A program made the translations under genes and the position numbers. The notes beneath the pieces were generated by a model that worked only from the letters and a program-made list of their open reading frames with translations, was not told the DNA's origin and made no database searches. Of a DNA stretch of 64,000 nucleotides, positions 62,101 through 64,000 are shown piece after piece (position 1 is the stretch's first letter; the number at the start of each line of letters is the position of its first letter). Where the stretch lies: positions 64,001-128,000 of IMG/VR virus record IMGVR_UViG_3300047159_000056; one strand, 5' to 3'. The stretch comes from a virus. Taxonomy: Duplodnaviria; Caudoviricetes.

Positions 62101-64000
62101 TCTCCAATCTCTTCCTTTACTAGCAGCATATTGTCTTAGGTTAGTTAGGTTACCAGCATTCCACATAGCTAGTCCACCAGACCACTTTTTATTTGAATCA
62201 ATAGTTCTTATTGATGGATTAAATGTAGATTCTTGCATTAAGTTTCCAGCAACACCGGCGGCTTGAGCTTTTGTAAGACCTAATTCTTTCATAAGTCTTC
62301 CCATAACGTATCCACCGTTTCTCTTTTGACCAGATTTTGTTATTCTTATAATTTTTCCTAGATCAGCGCCAATATTTCCAACTATATCAGCTCCAGCATT
62401 CCAAATATCTCTACCTAAACCAGCAGCATTGTTTCCTATAGTGCCCATTCTTTGAGAATAGGCATCGTTATTATCTTGAGAATTATACTGGTCCTGTTTA
62501 TTATAAAAGTCATGCAGAGATTGATATTGCTGATTGACGTCAAAGTCTTCCATGCTTCCACCATCACCATATTTTGCAAATCTAGCAGAGGCAGCTTGTT
62601 TTCCTCCAGCTTGAGTATATAATAAACGCTGAACATTTCTAACAAAACTTTCATTGGTAGAATCCATTTGCTTAGATTGGAATAGTTTAGAGGCAAGAGA
62701 ATCTAAGGCAGCTTTATCCAGTGTATAGGCATTGACAAACATCTTTCTGCCATCTTTACCAATAGCTGCTGGTCGTGGATCCTCAGCAGGAACCATTTTC
62801 ATTACATACTTATCAGCTGCAAAATTATTCATCCAGCTTGTGGCTCCTGATAAAAAGGCATCATAATATTTATTATGTCCACCACCAGCTATAATAGAGG
62901 CTGCCACTCCTAGTTTTCCACCAAATTTACTTCCGCTCTGAGCTTGTCCTATAAATCTATTTCCTCTGGCTGTTATTCCAACATTGGCAGCATATCTAGC
63001 ACCATCACTAGGTATCATATCAGTCATTGATTCAGCTCCGAATGATTGTCCAGCACCAGCAATAAATCCACCTGCATTTTCCATATCCTGTAGATCCTCT
63101 GTAGTTTTAGGAACACGAATAAGCTTCATCTGGCGATTTTTGATGTGACCAGATTTCATAAGAGGAGCAGCAGAAGAAGCAAACATTCTTCTAATAAACT
63201 CAGCATCAACCGTTACTAAGCCTTCTTTATCAGTCGTATCAGATAATCTTTGAAGACCACTAGCCATTCTAGCAGTATCTATTCTACCTGTTGTCTTAGC
63301 TTCATTCAAGGCACCAAGAATATCCATAGACTGAGACATACTAGCAGTTGTATTATTGGCTAAGTCATTACCTTTTAAAGAATTTGGTAATAATGAGTAT
63401 CTTCTTTTACCATTATACTGATTAATAATAGCTGCATCTCCTGCACTAGTGTTATCAAATCCCTGTTGTTTATCAAAGTAACTAGGTTCATTTCTCTTTT
63501 CAGAATCTTGCATAGCCCTTGTTGAACTAGTAAGACCTGCACCCATCAAGTTAGCCTTTACACTTGCCTGTATACCAGCTTTAGGATCTACAAGTGCTGT
63601 TAAGATATTGCCAAGATAACCAGCAATATTACTAAGCATTGTTGGAAAGTCACCACCTAAGGAAGGGAATTTTATAGCCTTTATAGCATCTCCCCTCAAC
63701 TCCATGGCATGATCTAATTTCTTCTTAAGGTGATCTATAATTTCTTCACCTATCTTCTTAAATAATGTAAATAGGTTATCTCTTCTAGGATCTCCACCAA
63801 AGAAACTAATAATATCTCCTCTAACACCACCACCTCTGGACATCATTCTCTTTCCATCAGCAGTAATACCAAAGTAATCTAGACCAGCTTTTACTTTATC
63901 ACCAATCCAAGATATTATTTTTAAAACTTTTGTCCAATGTTTAGCCAAGAATCTAGCAGCAAAAAGCATAAGGAGAATACGGAACTGATTACCAACTGTT
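59140..64000 (-). CDS. Tape-measure/tail-lysozyme protein with phage tail lysozyme and SGNH hydrolase domains; 5' end beyond the window
   Basis: GLTKAQAAGVAGNLMQESTFNP...GLAMW...AAEAFFRYE (lysozyme2-like); Gly-rich linker; GDSW...SGAT...AGLN...DSSFHLT (SGNH blocks). Confidence 0.8.
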   Translation of the reverse strand, partial: TVGNQFRILLMLFAARFLAKHWTKVLKIISWIGDKVKAGLDYFGITADGKRMMSRGGGVRGDIISFFGGDPRRDNLFTLFKKIGEEIIDHLKKKLDHAMELRGDAIKAIKFPSLGGDFPTMLSNIAGYLGNILTALVDPKAGIQASVKANLMGAGLTSSTRAMQDSEKRNEPSYFDKQQGFDNTSAGDAAIINQYNGKRRYSLLPNSLKGNDLANNTTASMSQSMDILGALNEAKTTGRIDTARMASGLQRLSDTTDKEGLVTVDAEFIRRMFASSAAPLMKSGHIKNRQMKLIRVPKTTEDLQDMENAGGFIAGAGQSFGAESMTDMIPSDGARYAANVGITARGNRFIGQAQSGSKFGGKLGVAASIIAGGGHNKYYDAFLSGATSWMNNFAADKYVMKMVPAEDPRPAAIGKDGRKMFVNAYTLDKAALDSLASKLFQSKQMDSTNESFVRNVQRLLYTQAGGKQAASARFAKYGDGGSMEDFDVNQQYQSLHDFYNKQDQYNSQDNNDAYSQRMGTIGNNAAGLGRDIWNAGADIVGNIGADLGKIIRITKSGQKRNGGYVMGRLMKELGLTKAQAAGVAGNLMQESTFNPSIRTIDSNKKWSGGLAMWNAGNLTNLRQYAASKGRDWRDLGVQTDFLIGTLNGSIKYGSRSQIPEVNRLLRSAKTPREAAEAFFRYEKFKDFDRWGSKYDYMKIPRIQYANSFFRMAGGSGGYTQEAYGANYNLTNNYNNANTEGYYGGGGGNYSYGGGSRSGGNYSGSSYSGGGNYSSGGDYGGFSGGSGGGGYTPTTLSTGASSLALCGDSWGVGIGSHFPGAHFVKSGATVSQVAEMVRKAAASKCKIIVIYAGLNSAGNSDNSLYNDFVKCGKNAGNAKVYICTLIQVKRPDLMKNVPRVNSAIQRACSANKWNVIDLFPSSGNYQKYILSTSGDSSFHLTGAGFKLLAKEILSRLGMGGSVPMQGGGDQGFSDDGGFNAGMDGGSGFGSLSDSISDFSDTMRANNPFSVLTPHQMEVSKKVSNLKYEATKEYGSQYLRYIHGKDFKEFEKSWIGTSQQQRQKEMNKAFIYQRGIKMWRSMPEDMRKEYFGNVKNEKEFAIRLSGYSLKDFNSFVKYQAGLAKEYNTEHHLDFDKWRKTNKLEGQSNWNFTGKENIDKQITGMLLTGKVDEAHQLMKENFGSKLGYSWESSEDMFTKANKYIRHKKAYDSVNPKIEYNEKLLKDLGMGEAYITNSNGAKLDSKEKYLIKRLKAAGLNEDDFTDMNGHVDFGVATRLLKNKQGGLLRKKKVIGANDNEISGIRAGDNRNGSYDKNLNDIDNINLEKEDLIQQMNNFKPGNMQYSNTVEGQMKYYMDMGKRSNMEDKLVDLNKKLRNKVLATNKGIAEQRAKLEKNEKVMGASIDEIENIYFKLLAEGKSHNDAISELGKKYGVGVVEYLNALHNASEGWQGQIAKNVQDLINSMQVDMEQWKLNLFGNSTVSGSTIAGGVTTNVPLWKRKNFGIGDNFGGKTIDIGDRFNKGLKNDFMNSGVSWKFKPSKMFGRTVGVSDFTSTGGSTNKYLGEINVGLKNISNSINNNSKIGVLNAQTGVSIANGVNNLRANSVSGPTVHVKKVGPITHK

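Noticed and set aside
951-62696. Short antisense or nested ORFs in the track (e.g. 951-1328, 14070-14453, 18605-18883, 20372-20863, 34767-35153, 55961-56263, 59270-59635)
   Set aside because: Shadow frames of longer genes with recognisable motifs; no independent evidence
1-64000. Stop-codon reassignment (TAG=Gln, as in Lak and some crAss-like phages)
   Set aside because: ORFs over 1500 aa are open in code 11, TAG ends genes cleanly (2677, 4971, 14060), and gene breaks are frameshifts rather than in-frame TAGs
1-64000. tRNA or rRNA genes
   Set aside because: Intergenic gaps are short and show no cloverleaf or T-loop consensus by eye; tRNAscan was not run

Overview
AT-rich fragment of a large lytic contractile-tailed (jumbo myovirus-like) phage using the standard genetic code. 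The host is probably Bacteroidota, inferred from the gene families, the AT-rich leaders without Shine-Dalgarno sites and a TAnnnnTG promoter-like motif. Bases 1-12.4 kb (+ strand) are accessory/early-type genes: a CCA-adding tRNA nucleotidyltransferase, a divergent PurA-like synthetase (not PurZ) and a 7-8 member family of divergent paralogues of unknown function. Bases 12.45-64 kb (- strand) are a virion module: tape-measure/tail-lysozyme protein with an SGNH domain, baseplate genes, a giant LTD-metallophosphoesterase protein next to a giant CotH-kinase-like protein, tail-fibre/adaptor genes, an amidase and lysis-type genes. This module ends in a complete diversity-generating retroelement (DGR: target/VR, hairpin, avd, TR, RT). 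About 5 kb from the DGR is a second hypervariable locus: ten near-identical 78-bp DUF285/BspA-like LRR units in a tail-fibre tip, inside a compositionally foreign cassette. These units differ only at the first two positions of a few NNY codons and carry the same indel scars as the DGR VR. Several genes are split by single-base indels that look like assembly/consensus errors.
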